A stretch of DNA of 64,000 nucleotides from Callorhinchus milii (lineage: Eukaryota), in NCBI RefSeq assembly GCF_018977255.1, contig NW_024704743.1, positions 83,764,001 through 83,828,000 of the forward strand, read 5' to 3'. The notes under the pieces were generated by a model. That model was not told where the DNA came from and made no database searches. It worked only from the letters and a program-made list of their open reading frames with translations. Both the position numbers and the translations under genes were made by a program. Of this stretch, positions 12,166 to 24,770 are shown piece by piece (positions within the stretch are counted from its first letter, which is position 1; each line of letters begins with the position of its first letter).

Positions 12166-13582
12166 TACATGCTGTATGTTTTAAGTAATTTAACCTTCAT
12201 TCAAGGGAAATGCGATTATAACAAAGGTGTGTGGTGGTGCAGATACAATGGGAGTTTCAGCGTGCTGCATTATGTTATGGCCTGCGCTCTTTCCTCACCA
12301 ATCACAGCCACTCTCTTGTTAGGTGCTGGGCTCAATGGCAGAGCGCCAGAACAAAAAAATCACATCAGCTTTCAATCACTTCTTTCAAGAAGTGACAGGC
12401 ATATGGAAGACCACCAAAAAATAAAATAAGGGAACAATATCTCACGACTGTCAAAGAGAGAGTTTCACTCAAAAAAACAGGTCTGCGGGATTGAGTATAT
12501 CAGGTTGATCAAAAATTCGTGATAACTACCCTATTATCTAAAAAACATCATCCTTTTTTCAAGACTTTTTAGACATTGTAATGGTATCACATCTTTCTGG
12601 TCACCGTGTGTGTATGAATTGTGAGATACACTGATACAGTGGTGACTCTTAGCAAGCACAAATTACATTGGGTGAATTAAGTAGAGAGAAGTCTAATGTG
12701 AGGAGAGTGATTTTTAATAGGAAAATATAACTGGGAGACAACTGCTGGGACTCAGTTCTCCTTTTAGAAACTGCGGCAGCTTTTATTGTGACGGTTTGTC
12801 CTGCTCCATGAGCATCTGCTAGTTGCCAGCTGTCAATTTCATGGCTTTTTCTGTATGTGTGTAAAACACATCCCTTGAGAATGTACAGCATGTACAGTAA
12901 ACACTAGATGATAATTTTACTTATTAAAAAAAATGAAGAGAGCTCATTTTGAAAAGTTTGCAATGGTTACGGCAGACGCAATGGGTCATGCAGTGGAAGA
13001 TGTTTGAAGTTCAAGACAAATGATTTCACATATATGCTGTAAGACTGCTCAAAGGCCTCCAGGTGTTTCACACTCTAGGCTCATTCTAGCATTTGTTTAA
13101 TCTCATCTCCCTATAATGGGCAGGGTATTTAACAGTGATGAATCATTTATCTGCACCGGGTGAAGAAAATTGTAAGAAATGAAAGAAGCATCATACAATA
13201 CACACTCAGAACAGTGCAAATCCAAAGTCACATCAATTTTTATTTTCCCTCAATAAGAAATGAGCAATTATTGAATGCAAGTCTGAATCCCATCAATTAA
13301 GATGTCTGAGAATGAGCTTGCAGTGTTCTCTCATTGACTCTCATTACCGGTGTGTCACTGCCAGGAAACAAGTGGCCTCACTGTTCCAATACACTGCAGT
13401 TACTCGCTCAATACAGGGTGACTGGAACACATATGTCCTGGTTTAGGACTCAGCACAGCGGTTTTAGATCTTTGCTGTACTAGAAGAGCAGTACATTCCA
13501 GTAAAGCAGTTGGCTTTTCACGTGAAAAAAAAAGACTGCCTTCCAAGTTGGCAGACTGTTGTTTCCAGCACACTGTGAGCTG

Positions 13583-13686
13583 TGCACAGGAAGTGTTGCT
13601 GATGGCACTTTGAGGGAACTAATATGAGTGGCATTTAGGGTGTATGGCATCCATGCAGGCAATGCACAGGAAGTGAGGGAAGTCGG
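13583..13686. promoter_or_regulatory. Candidate enhancer: clustered ETS sites
   Basis: TGCACAGGAAGTG at 13583-13595 and again at 13663-13675, followed by GGGAAGT. Lies in non-repeat sequence; E-box CACGTG nearby at ~13519. Confidence 0.4.
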
Positions 13687-13914
13687 CCATTTTACACACT
13701 TCATTTTAACATGGGTTTTTAATCTTATGGACCCAGATTACCTCGCTACAACAGGGGTTGCCCTTTAATGCACAATATAAATGCAAGTTGCTGTTCAGAA
13801 GATTGGCTTGGATGAAGAAGGCCATTCAACCCATCCAATCTCAATCTCCCAGAACACCCACATTATAGTTGTAATAACAGCAAGATAAAGATGCATTTCT
13901 TTATTAATATCCAC

Positions 13915-14215
13915 AATAATAATCCTTGCATTTGATATAGCACCTACAAAGTCAAAATGCCTCAAAATATTTCATGGACAAATGCTGTTAACTATGACTG
14001 TTTATTTGTAGGCAGATTTGATGGTTGCTTTGCTTACAGCAATATTCCACAAACAAAGGAAGTGAATGATCAATTTATCTGGAGGACTGAAGCAGCTAAA
14101 ACTCCATTCTCTTTTTCTAATAGCATCATGGGATGATTAACATCCACTTGAGCAGATGGGATCTTGGTTTAGTAGCTCATCTGAAGGACTGTATCTCTGA
14201 CACTGTAGTGCTAAT
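13915..14215 (-). mobile_element. Deu-domain SINE, decayed
   Basis: ATAATCCTTGCATTTGATATAGC tail, plus CATCCACTTGAGCAGA and CTCATCTGAAGGAC family motifs. Confidence 0.7.
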
Positions 14216-15112
14216 ATCCTGCAAAGCGCTGTCCTCCCAATTTAAAATGTGCTATATGGATTTAATTGTGTGCAGATAAGCTCTTTACTCATCAGTCGAG
14301 CCTGATCCTGTTCTCATCTGATGTAAAATACATTCCACACATGTGAACTTTCCAGCAAGATCACTGGAATGCAGACAAGAGTAGGCTAGCTATTTTTTCT
14401 CCCAGCCCAAGTGCCCCATGGCCAAATGTAATATTTCAATTGCCTGCCCGGCTAAGATGAGGCATCATACAGTGTGCGCTAGTGATGGTTTGGCTATGCA
14501 TATTTAGTGCAGTTTTCAAACAAGAACTTTCATGTCCCAAGATGAACAAGATTGGTTTGAATGAAGAAAGGTCTTTGGCCCATCTGATCTCATTCTTCCA
14601 GAACACCCACTCCACCACCCTCGCATCACAGCATCTTAACATTATTTTTTAAAAAAATAAATCCACTCACATTTTTAAAAGAGTCAGGCCACAATCACTC
14701 TACCTGGCAAGCTATTTATAATTTTTCAGAATGACTTTAAGTACTTTATAGAGACAGAGCCGATCACTGAGCAAGAAGAGAGGAAGAGAGTTCCAAAGTT
14801 TCCAGAGGTAAAAAAAAGAATGATCAAAGAGGACGTTGTTAGGAAGGTTTTCAAGAAAGGGAAAGAGGGAGCAAGGCAAAGGGATTTGGGGTAAGAGTTC
14901 CATAAAGCAGAGGCAATGCACAGTACAGTACAGTAATGTAACAGTACAGAAGCACATGTAAGCCAATCATGTTAAATATGAGTTCCAAGTACAGGGTCTC
15001 TGGAGAGCCATGGCTTGAGGATCTGATAGACACAATGAGGGATGGAGAGGGTGAAGGGTATGCGGCATGTTTAAGAGAGTGCGTGTGGGAGAATGCGGCA
15101 GAAGGAGACCTC

Positions 15113-16690
15113 AACAACAACAACTTGCAATTATATAGTGCCCCTTCATGCGTGTAGCGTCCCTGAAAGCTTGACAGTGGCGAGAGGAATCTGATCTCAA
15201 GCAGGGGGAAAGGGAGAGGGGAGGTGACTGTAAGCATGATCAAAATGGAATTTCTTTTGGTGGGATTTGAAAGTAGGGAGGGAGGGGGTAAGGCAGAGGG
15301 ACTGAGGAAGAGAGTTCCAGAGTTTCCAGGGCGTAGTAGCTGAAGGCACGGCCACGGATGGTGGAGTGGAGGGGACGAGAGATGAACAGGAGGCTGGAGC
15401 CAGGCGAGTGGAAGCAGTAGGTGGGGAAGTGGGGAGTAAGCAGGTCGGACAGGTAGGAAGGTGTGAAGTAATGAAGTGATCTGAACACGAGTGAGATCAT
15501 CTTGAAATCAATCCATTCAGTAATTGGGAGCCAGTGGAGCCTGGCAAGGATTGGTGTGATGGGGGTACGGAGTTTTGTGCAGATGAGAATCCAGACGGCA
15601 GAGAATTAGTTAGAATTAAATAGAATTAGTTCTGCCTGTCCGACATCGAGTCCTGGACGAGAGACAACTTTCTTCAGCTCAACGTGCGAAAAACCGAGGC
15701 CCTCCTGATTGGCTCACGTCAGCGCCTCCGCACCTCAGGCGCTGACACCATCAGCATCCAAGGCTGCACTCTCCACCTCTCAAAGCCAGTCAGGAACCTC
15801 GGCGTTTTGTTCGACCCTGAGCTGTCCTTTCTCCCTCACATCCGCACCACAACTGGCACCGCCTTCCATCACCTCCGGAATATCGCCAGACTACGGCACT
15901 ACCTCACCCCTCACGCTGCTGAAACCCTGGTTCACGCCTTTGTCACCTCAAGGCTGGACTATGGGAACTCTCTCCTCGCCGGCCTTCCCGCCACCTCCCT
16001 CCACAAGCTGCAGGTCATTCAGAACTCTGCAGCTCGTGTACTGTCCCGCACCAGGACCACATCACTCCCACCCTCGCTCGCCTCCACTGGCTCCCCATCC
16101 CCCAGAGGATTGATTTCAAGATCCTCATCCTCACCTACAAGGCTATTCACGGCCTTGCTCCCTCCTACCTCTCCAACCTACTATCCCCCTACCTACCTGC
16201 CCGTACCCTCCGTTCCTCTGGCTCCGGTCTGCTCCACGTCCCCCGCCCCAACCGCCCTACTATCGGTGGTCGGGCCTTCAGCCTCTCAGCCCCCAGGCTC
16301 TGGAACTCCATCCCCCAGTGCCTTCGCCTTGCTTCCTCCCTCTCCTCCTTCAAGGCCGGTCTCAAAACCTTTCTCTTTGACCGTGCCTTCAGCTCCCCTC
16401 TCGACTATCTTCCTCCTCCTCGCTCCCTCCCTTCCCTCCCCTCACCCTGACCATTTCCCCCCTCCTCTCTCCCTCCCTTCCCTCCCCTCACCCTGACCAT
16501 TTCCCCCCTGCTCGGGTCATGACCCAACTGTGCAGCGCCTTGGGACGTCCTCCTGACGTGAAAGGCGCTCTATAAATGGAATCTTGTTGTTGTTGTTGTT
16601 ATTTTGTGTATTGTGGAGCTGGGGAGCTCAGTGAGGAGGGCATTGGAATAGTCCAGCCGGGAAGTGACAAAGGCGTGGACAAGAGTAGGG
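15113..16690 (-). mobile_element. Older L2 3' fragment (15113-15607 and 16601-16690) split by the young L2 insertion
   Basis: Minus-strand RAFSYYALETL and LHWLPI-like text on the left continues as LVHAFVTSRLDYSNALL on the right of the insert. Confidence 0.8.
15632..16600 (+). mobile_element. Young L2 LINE, 5'-truncated copy
   Basis: Near-identical to 54210-55175 except a few substitutions and a 7-bp deletion at ~16054 (CCAG[GCTTCGG]GACCAC) that causes a frameshift. Ends in the 3' stem-loop and (TTG)n tail. Confidence 0.95.
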
Positions 16691-19600
16691 TGGGGCAGGA
16701 ATATGGAAGTATTTGACGTTTTGCGTGAGGATCTTGATCTGCTAGGGGAGAGGAAGCAGGCTAAGACAGGGATGTTGGGCATGTGGTGTCTAGCAGAGGA
16801 GAGGATACTGACTACAGAGTTATGGATGAACTTGTGGGGAGTTAGCTTATGAGAAAAGCATTTGAGAAAGCATGAAAGATAGTTTAGGCTGTGTGGGGAG
16901 GGAGGGAAGGCAAAGGCAGACTGAGCCTTATTCTGGAGATGGGAGAAGATGATCGTAGTCAAGGACCAACAATAGGGTAGTAAAAAGGTAGTCCTACAGA
17001 CTAAATAGGCTATTTGTGTCACACTGCACAGCTCTGTGGGTATAGGTGCAGGAATTCAGACAATGTATTCTAATAAAGCACAACAAAAGCACATGTTGTC
17101 AAACAGGTTAGCAGTGAATTCCAAGCACTGAGTCTCTGGGGAGGTGAGGCCTGAGGCTGTGAGAGATTCATTAAGTGCTTCAACTCTTCAGGGAGAGTTA
17201 CATAAAGAGTCAAACATGCACAAAGAGAGTGAGAGAAAGAAGAGGGATAAATACATACACATAACAGATTAATGGGGGAGGGAAGAAAGAGGTAATTAAT
17301 AAGGTTTTTGGATTTGCAAACTGTAAAATGTTAAAAGAGCCAGATAAAAGAAGTGTTTCTTCAAAACAAGGCAGCAGCTGCTGTGTGCTGGAGGTGCTAC
17401 ACCTGAAGAAGTAGGTTGAAATCTCGCTCAGTTTTTGACTCATTTCAACAGATCTCTTTAAATATTCTATTCTTTGGTATTTGCAAACCACTGGTTAGTC
17501 TGGTGAACAGTCTTGATACACCTCAACATGTTAACCCTACAAATAGGATACAAAGTAATCAACATTTATGTGGCTGGACACCAGACTATTCATATCAAAC
17601 AATATAATCAAATAACTGTATTTACACACATCTACAGTACAGCTCAAACTAGTAGTCTCCAATGGAGCAGCACCTGAAACTCAATCAAGATCCAATATGT
17701 CATTGTCTCAAGTAATGCAAAAGTAACTGCTCATGTTACTGGCAACAGTGATCAGAAATTTTATCCAGCCTCTAGATTAACCATCGGAAGGTAAACGATT
17801 TGTTAAAGCTCTAAAAAATTACTGCTGTATATAAACCCACAGCATCTCCCTCTTCTTTCCACCCCCCTCGCCACACTGGGGTGTCCATAGCAACATAAAG
17901 GTTAACTGGAATTCACTCAGCATTATTCATTTCCCTGTAACCCTTGACAAATGCAATGGTTTTTAAGTCCTCAGTTTCACTCCTCCACAATTTCTCAACA
18001 ACAATAAAAAAGAGTATTAATAATCTAACAACAGGTCATGAGGAATTGTGGGAATGAGTCTTGTAAAATTGGGAAATTCTGGGAAATTAGTCGTGGGCTA
18101 ATACCATCAAATGTGACCAAAATAGTTAAAGCCAGACAGAGAGTATGTGTGTGGTGAGAGAAATAAAAAAAGGATCAAATTTGCTTTATTTCTTAAAGAA
18201 TCCTATTTCTTAAAGAATTTCTGCTGATCTGAGGGTGCTTTGTGCTGGCGCTGATATAACAACAACAACTTGGATTTATATAGCGCCCTCCACGCCAAAC
18301 AGAAAGATCCCCATTGCGTGACTTTGATTCTTTATTAAAGAATTACACCACGAATACCGTGAATTAGACCCTGATATGGCACATAAATAGTCTCAAATAC
18401 TAATCATTTTGTGGCAGCAATCAAATTAATAACTTAGCTGAATAAGACTAAAACCAAAGTAGAATTATTCTTCCACAACTAATACAGTGACTGCAAATTA
18501 TTATTTGCAAGTTATAATACAACAACTTTTTTTTATATACAGTTACAATCTGTTAACCATCTGCAAATTTCTTGTCATGTTCAAACTGGTGCTTGTCTCC
18601 ATTGTGCTGACCTCTGCTCTTTCGCCCTGGAATCCTTCCAACTACAAGTACCGAGAAGCTTGAGCCAACAGAAACTCAAGTCAACAAACAAGAGATCACC
18701 AAAAAGTGATGTGGACTCTGTGGTACTAATTTTACTCTCTCCTACAACAATGGAGATCAGTCTAAAAACAGGTTCCCCACAATTTGTCAGCCTGGCTCAG
18801 TTGGTGGTGCTCTCACCTCTGAGTCAGAAGGTTGTGGCTCCGAGTACCTCCCCCCCCAATAAAATTTGATCATTCACTTCATGGCTGTTTGTGGGGCGAT
18901 GCTGTGCGCAAATTTGATATCACGGCTGTCTACAAAATACACTCACTACATTTTACAGTAAAACTTAGAAAGCAATTTAATGTGTCCTCCAGATGGGAGA
19001 CTGATAATGCTTTACCCACCCATCCCCAAAGTTTGACATATTCAACCTTTTTACCAATTAGACATTCAATTGCAAAGCAGCTTTAGCAAGCTGCCATAAT
19101 TAAGTGATCACTTAAAGTACCTGAATTCAGGAAGATTTTTAAACTTTATTTTAACAATAATTAATCGCAATAGATTCTAAGTAACGATACATGCTCCAAT
19201 GTCAATTCACCAGAAAATTACCTTCACTTCTCTTCAGAAAATGTTGTCTGTTGTTTGAACATCCAAGATGTGGAAATCACAGTTTGAAAAAAAAAGGGCA
19301 GATGCATATACTTCCAAGAACCAAATACCCAGGGTTAGAACTGAAAATGGGCCATCAGATTGCTTTGCTTTAAATAGGAATAGCAGCACTAAGAACCAGC
19401 ATCCAACCTTCCCACTGCTAACAGAGGCATACAAGTGCTTTGAGATGTCCTTCTGTTGTGAATAAATGTAAATTGCATCGGACTACCAACAATATTAAAC
19501 TTTCAGATCCACAGTGCAAATGAACGAAATAAACACTCATATAGATTAGCCATCAATCTACTTTTAATTTGCTATCACAGAGTCAGTTTTGCAGCCAGAG

Positions 19601-20199
19601 GTTTACCCGAATGGTGCATGTGCATTAACCCACCCTCTCCCACCACTCAAATGCTATACTTTTATGATGAATGGCCTCCAACTAGACCTATAAGAAAATA
19701 AGTATCCTATTTTGTTTTCATTTTTATTAATCCATAAACCTCAATGATCTAGCACATCCACTGAGCAGCTAGGATCGTGCCTCTGTTAATCTAAATGCAA
19801 TACTCAGTGGGGGGGGGTGGGACAGAAAAGGTTTCAAAGTCTGTGAACTAATTGTGGATTAGTTGAAGAAAAATAAAATCAAGATCTAACTCGATTTTTC
19901 ATAATGTTCTTAAAATTTTATTTTTCAAAACAGCAAATAAGATGTAGCGAGACAGTGTTCCAGGCATTCAGATTATAAAAAGACAAAATAATGAAGTGTC
20001 TCAAATGTTTGCTTATCTGGTAAACATATAATTCCCTATCTAGATTTCGCTTCTCGCCACTAGCTGCATTATTAAACTAAATTTGGAGTGAAGATGTGTT
20101 TACCTCCAAACACAGTCACCACACTTTACAGTAAATCCTGTGTAGCCCATTGATTGATTTAAAAACAGCTTGATGCTGTCTGTTTTCACTCTTACCTAT

Positions 20200-21360
20200 C
20201 CAACGTCTCCACTTTGTCTCTTCAAATAGCTTCTCCTCCCGTCCCCACACAGGTCTGTGTCCTCAGTCCTCTCCTTTTTAATGTCAACATGCTCCCGATA
20301 TCATCTGAAAACATCAGGCTAACTTCCACATGTATGCAGATTACACCCCACTCTATCGGTTTGCCTCCACCTTTGATTCCAGGACCACTGCTGTCCTGAC
20401 CGACTACTAGTCGGACATCAATCCTGGATGAGCTCTAACTTTCTTTAGTTAAACATCGACATGACAGAAGCTCTACTGTTTGGCTCCTGTCAGCATCTTC
20501 TCACCACAAGTGCTGACAGCTTCAAACTACTTAGATTCATAGATTCATAGAATGTTACGGCACAGAAGGAGGCCATTCGGCCCATCGAGTCTGTGCCGGC
20601 TCTTTGACAGAACAAGTCATTTTCACTAACCCCAATCACCAGCTTTCTCCCCATAACCCTGCAAACCCGTCTTCCCCAGATACCTACCCAGTTCTCTCTT
20701 AAAAGCTGTTATCGAATCGGACTTCACTATCCTTTCAGGCAGATCACTCCAAATTCGAACAACTCGCTGAGTGAAAAAATTTCTTCTAACCTCCCCTCTG
20801 CTTCTTTTGGTGGATGCACATTCCACCTCACGGAGCCTGTGTGAAACCTCAGTGTGTTGTTCAATTGTTCGACTGAATGTTCGACTCTCAACTGTCCTTT
20901 AAATCTCACATTTGTGCTCTGACCCGCTGAGCTTTTCCCCACCTCCATAACATTACCCGCCACTACACTACCTCTCCCCTCGAGCCACCAAGACCCTAAT
21001 CCACACTTTTATCGTGTCCAGGCTCAATTATGCCAATTCTCTGTTAGGTGGACTACCCACCTCTTCCCTCCACATGCTCCAGAATATCCAGAACTCTGCA
21101 GCTTGTGTTCTTTCCCGCCTTAGTCTCTGGGAGCCTATCATCCCCAGTTTCGTGTGGCTCCACTGGCTCCTCATCCCCAAGCATATTGCGTTCAAGATCC
21201 TCATCCTAACCTTTAAATCTCTCCATGGTCTTGCCCCACCCTATCTCTGCGACCTCCTCAAACCCTACTTATGTGGCAGCTCCCTCCACTCAGCGATCAT
21301 TGGCCTGCTTCATGGCCCCCACTCCACTTGTCCCACTGTCGGCAATTGGATTTTCAGTTT
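20200..21360 (+). mobile_element. Decayed L2 RT/3' fragment interrupted by a CR1
   Basis: SRLNYANSLLGGLP...QNIQNSAACVL...LHWLLIP...FKILILTFKSLHGLAPPYL in ORF 21014-21364. Upstream decayed FHMYAD-like text at ~20325. Confidence 0.8.
20533..20812 (-). mobile_element. CR1 LINE 3' end nested in L2
   Basis: RGEVRRNFFTQRVVRIWSDLP...FKRELGRYL motif, CR1 3'UTR, and an (ATTCATAG)-type tail repeat at 20533-20552. Confidence 0.88.
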
Positions 21361-21404
21361 ATGATAATAATAATGAGAATAATAATTAAGAATTTTTTTT
21401 ACAA

Positions 21405-21806
21405 AATGTTCCTTGCATTTGATATAATACCTTTCACTTCGTCAGGAGATCTCAAAGCGCTTCACAGGATATATTGTAAGGTGGATTGGCTGTGTATTTT
21501 GTGAAGGAAACGTGACAGCCAGCTGCACACAGAAATGTCCCACACATAGCAATGGAGTAAGTGACCAATTTTATTTGGGGGACACCCCGAGAAACTCCCT
21601 TCGCTTTTCGAATAGTACCCTGGGATCATTAACACCCACCTGAACAAGGAGACAGGACCTTGGTTTAACATCTCATCTGAAGGACAGCACTCCTACAATG
21701 CAACACATCCCCTGCACTGCATTGGAGTGTCATCTTAGACAATGTGATTCCAACTCCTGATGTGGTGTTTGAACCCACAACCTTCTGACTCAAAGGAGAG
21801 AGTGCT
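21405..21806 (-). mobile_element. Deu-domain (SacSINE1-like) SINE
   Basis: Complete motif order from the tail to the head TTGAACCCACAACCTTCTGACTC. Confidence 0.85.
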
Positions 21807-22241
21807 GATTTACTCCTACATGAGGTCCCTACACTGAGTTCTTTTGTAAAATTTGAACTGCAAAATAATATGTGTTATTATGCCATCTGCATTAGTGCAG
21901 TTCAAATGAATTAATGAAGCATTATTATTTTTATACACAGTTGAATTACACTTCATCCAGGTCCATTGAGTTTACCCTTGAGCTAATTGCTATTTGGGAG
22001 ACTGTGAAAAAGTACAGGAGGATGTAACAATTTCTAGCAAGAATGGACAAGCATCAGTTCCCTTTTACACCCACAGTATTGGGATCTCAGACTCTGCTGG
22101 AGAAGCGTGTGTAGTTTCATCAGCTGTAAGCCATTCCAAAGAGTGCAGTCTGAAAACAACCGAACTTAAACAGATATAGCCAGCTTGCATTGACGTAATA
22201 CAATAGGGTTGGAGACTGTTGTAGAGCAGATTGACCGATAG

Positions 22242-22474
22242 TCAAAACCTTTCTCTTTGACCGAGCCTTCAGCTCCCCTCTCGACTCTCTTCCCCCTTCT
22301 CGCTCCCTCCCATCCCTCCCCTCACCCTGACCATTTCCCCCCTCCTCGCTCCCTCCCCTCCCCTGACCATTTCCCCCCTGCTCGGGTCATGACCCAACTG
22401 TGCAGCGCCTTGGGACGTCCTCCTGACGTGAAAGGCGCTTTATAAATGGAATCTTGTTGTTGTTGTTGTTGTTG
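22242..22474 (+). mobile_element. Young L2, severely 5'-truncated (3' end only), with 8-bp TSD
   Basis: Near-identical to ~54946-55175. TAGTCAAA occurs at 22239-22246 and at 22475-22482. Confidence 0.93.
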
Positions 22475-24279
22475 TAGTCAAAGTTGCTTACCACACCAAT
22501 ACAATATCAGCAGTATTCCTTCATGCTGCTCTGGGACGTTGCCACTCAATTCTCTAAACTAGAGGCCAGTTTTTGATTATGACACTGAACTATGAAAAGT
22601 GTAGGCGAGATATGACAAAGTGATCAGGACCAGTTAAGTGGATCATAACGTAAATCAATACACTATTTTGGAGATTGCAATTCATATTGAATCCAAAACA
22701 TATTTGCAGAGAAGAGATAGTCGTTAACACACAATCAGATCCAGTTGGATGGACATCTGCAATAAATCCATTAATTCCTGATATAAACATCAAATCCTTC
22801 CCACTTGTTAATGAAGTGCAGGTGTAATTAAACACAGGCCCATTAGCACCCATTCCGCATCATCCTGTTTGCAAAGATACTTGAAGCATGCTGTGTGTTG
22901 AAGAGCAAGGAGACAAGAGTGTACATGAAGCTCACAAGTTTCTGTTATGGAATTTAGGTTTTACCTACTGTCATTGCCTCAACCACTGTAGTAAAAATGT
23001 AAATAAATGTAAATTTGTGTTGTATTGTGTTGTGAAGGAAAGATGGTAGGGTGGGTGTTCAGGAAGGATACTCTGTCAATGAGTGGAGTAGAAGCGGTAT
23101 GGAATTTTGCTAATTTCAATCAATGCACAGTTTTACAACCTTACAGAGCCAGAGGGTAAGGCATTCCTAATGGCCTCTGGTGCCATTTTACTGAAAGCAC
23201 TCTTCCGTGCAACTCATCTGACAACTGGCAAGATAATGACCTGCTTATTTGCACTGTGCCTGGAGGTCACTTTCTTTCCAGGAGCCTGAAGAAATGCCGG
23301 TATACTGACATGAAAGCTTGCATTAAAATGATCTTGCTTGTACTTATTCTGGTGATGTGCATGGATGCTTCTGCCACTAAACAAAGCATTGCTTTAGGGA
23401 ATATTACAGACCATGAGTAAAATGTGTATCCCTGGTAGACTTCGTAGAGAATTTGTGATTATTAGTATAAAATTTAGTCTTCTATGGCTACTCAATCAGA
23501 TTTGAAACTTGTTTTGCCCATCTTAAGTCATTGCATAACATACTACACAAAACCCATTATTTCATGTCATTGATTCAAAGAGGAATTGCTGCAATCAACG
23601 TCATGAGATCAATAAACAGAACCTAGCAAATTAACTTCTGCTTGTTTACATTTCAAAGCCATCAATACAATCAGCTTAGATGTATCAGGCAGGGCTCAAT
23701 GGAGAGAGTGGCTTATAACTTGGTAATCTGTCTCATCTACAATACTTTAGAACAAATCATTGAAAATAAATTTATGATGTTATTATGCTGAAAGTGTATC
23801 TCAACTAGACAGTAATCAAACTGCAATTTGGCTCATATGCATCAATGCCAAGAGTCAAATGGGATTTTTAAAAACATGCAACCACGCTCAGTCCAAGAGC
23901 CATTATAGAAGATCAATGTTGGAATTCTGGCCTGGCCCATTAGAAATTGATCTATTCTTAATGTAAGAGTTAATCTACTGCCACAATAAAACAGATCCAA
24001 CATCAATGTTGAACATTGTAGATTTTTTAAAACTTCCTTGGGCCGGCAGGACTCCCAACTCCGAACTCTCCTGGTGCAAGGCAACACCAATGCTGGGCAG
24101 CCTCACTGTCCTGCTGGCCTTCACAGTGGCCACAGATATCAATTTTAATTCAGATTGTTTAAAACCTATGAGCAGAAGATAAACTTATTCACTATCTTCT
24201 GCTTGTGGGATTCAAACAGTTACAATGTCGGGACCTGTTTTGAAAAATCCCTGTATCGGCGTTGCAATTACACTAAGGT

Positions 24280-24770
24280 GGAAATTCTCTCCCCATTAGT
24301 CCGGGTTGAAATCTACTTCACAGGATTTACAGTAAAGTGCAGTGACTGCAAATTGTAGGCAAATGCAGCAGCCAACTTGGCACAGCCAATGTCCCACAAA
24401 CAGCCCTGAATTGAATAACCAATTGTCAGGTAGGAGGACACTGGGAGAAACTTACTTCACTTTTTTGAACTGTGCCATGGAATCTTTTACAACACTCACT
24501 CCGGGACTCTATCCTGGGTGAAGGGCGCTATATAAATGCAAGTTGATGTTGTTGTTCACCCAGGACAGCGTCTCTGAGCACTTTTTTACATCCGAAATGG
24601 CAGTCAGCACTTTGGCTTACAACACTTCCGATAATACAGCACACACCCAGCACTGTATTAGTGTCAGCCTCCTAGACTATGAAGTCAAGGTCTTGGTGTG
24701 TGGATGGAACCCACAACTGTCTGAACCAGACTGTAGCTGAACCTAGCTCCCAACTGAGCTAGGCTGACAC
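24280..24770 (-). mobile_element. Deu-domain SINE with a short L2/SINE tail inserted at ~24500-24555
   Basis: GCAGCCAACTTGGCACAGCCAATGTCCCACAAACAGC, GTGTCAGCC...GACTATG, GAACCCACAAC and CAACTGAGCTAGGCTGACA motifs. Confidence 0.75.

Noticed and set aside
17395..17430. Penelope-type minimal hammerhead (CTGAAGAAG...GAAA)
   Set aside because: Stem II is too short or unpaired, and there is no supporting Penelope context.
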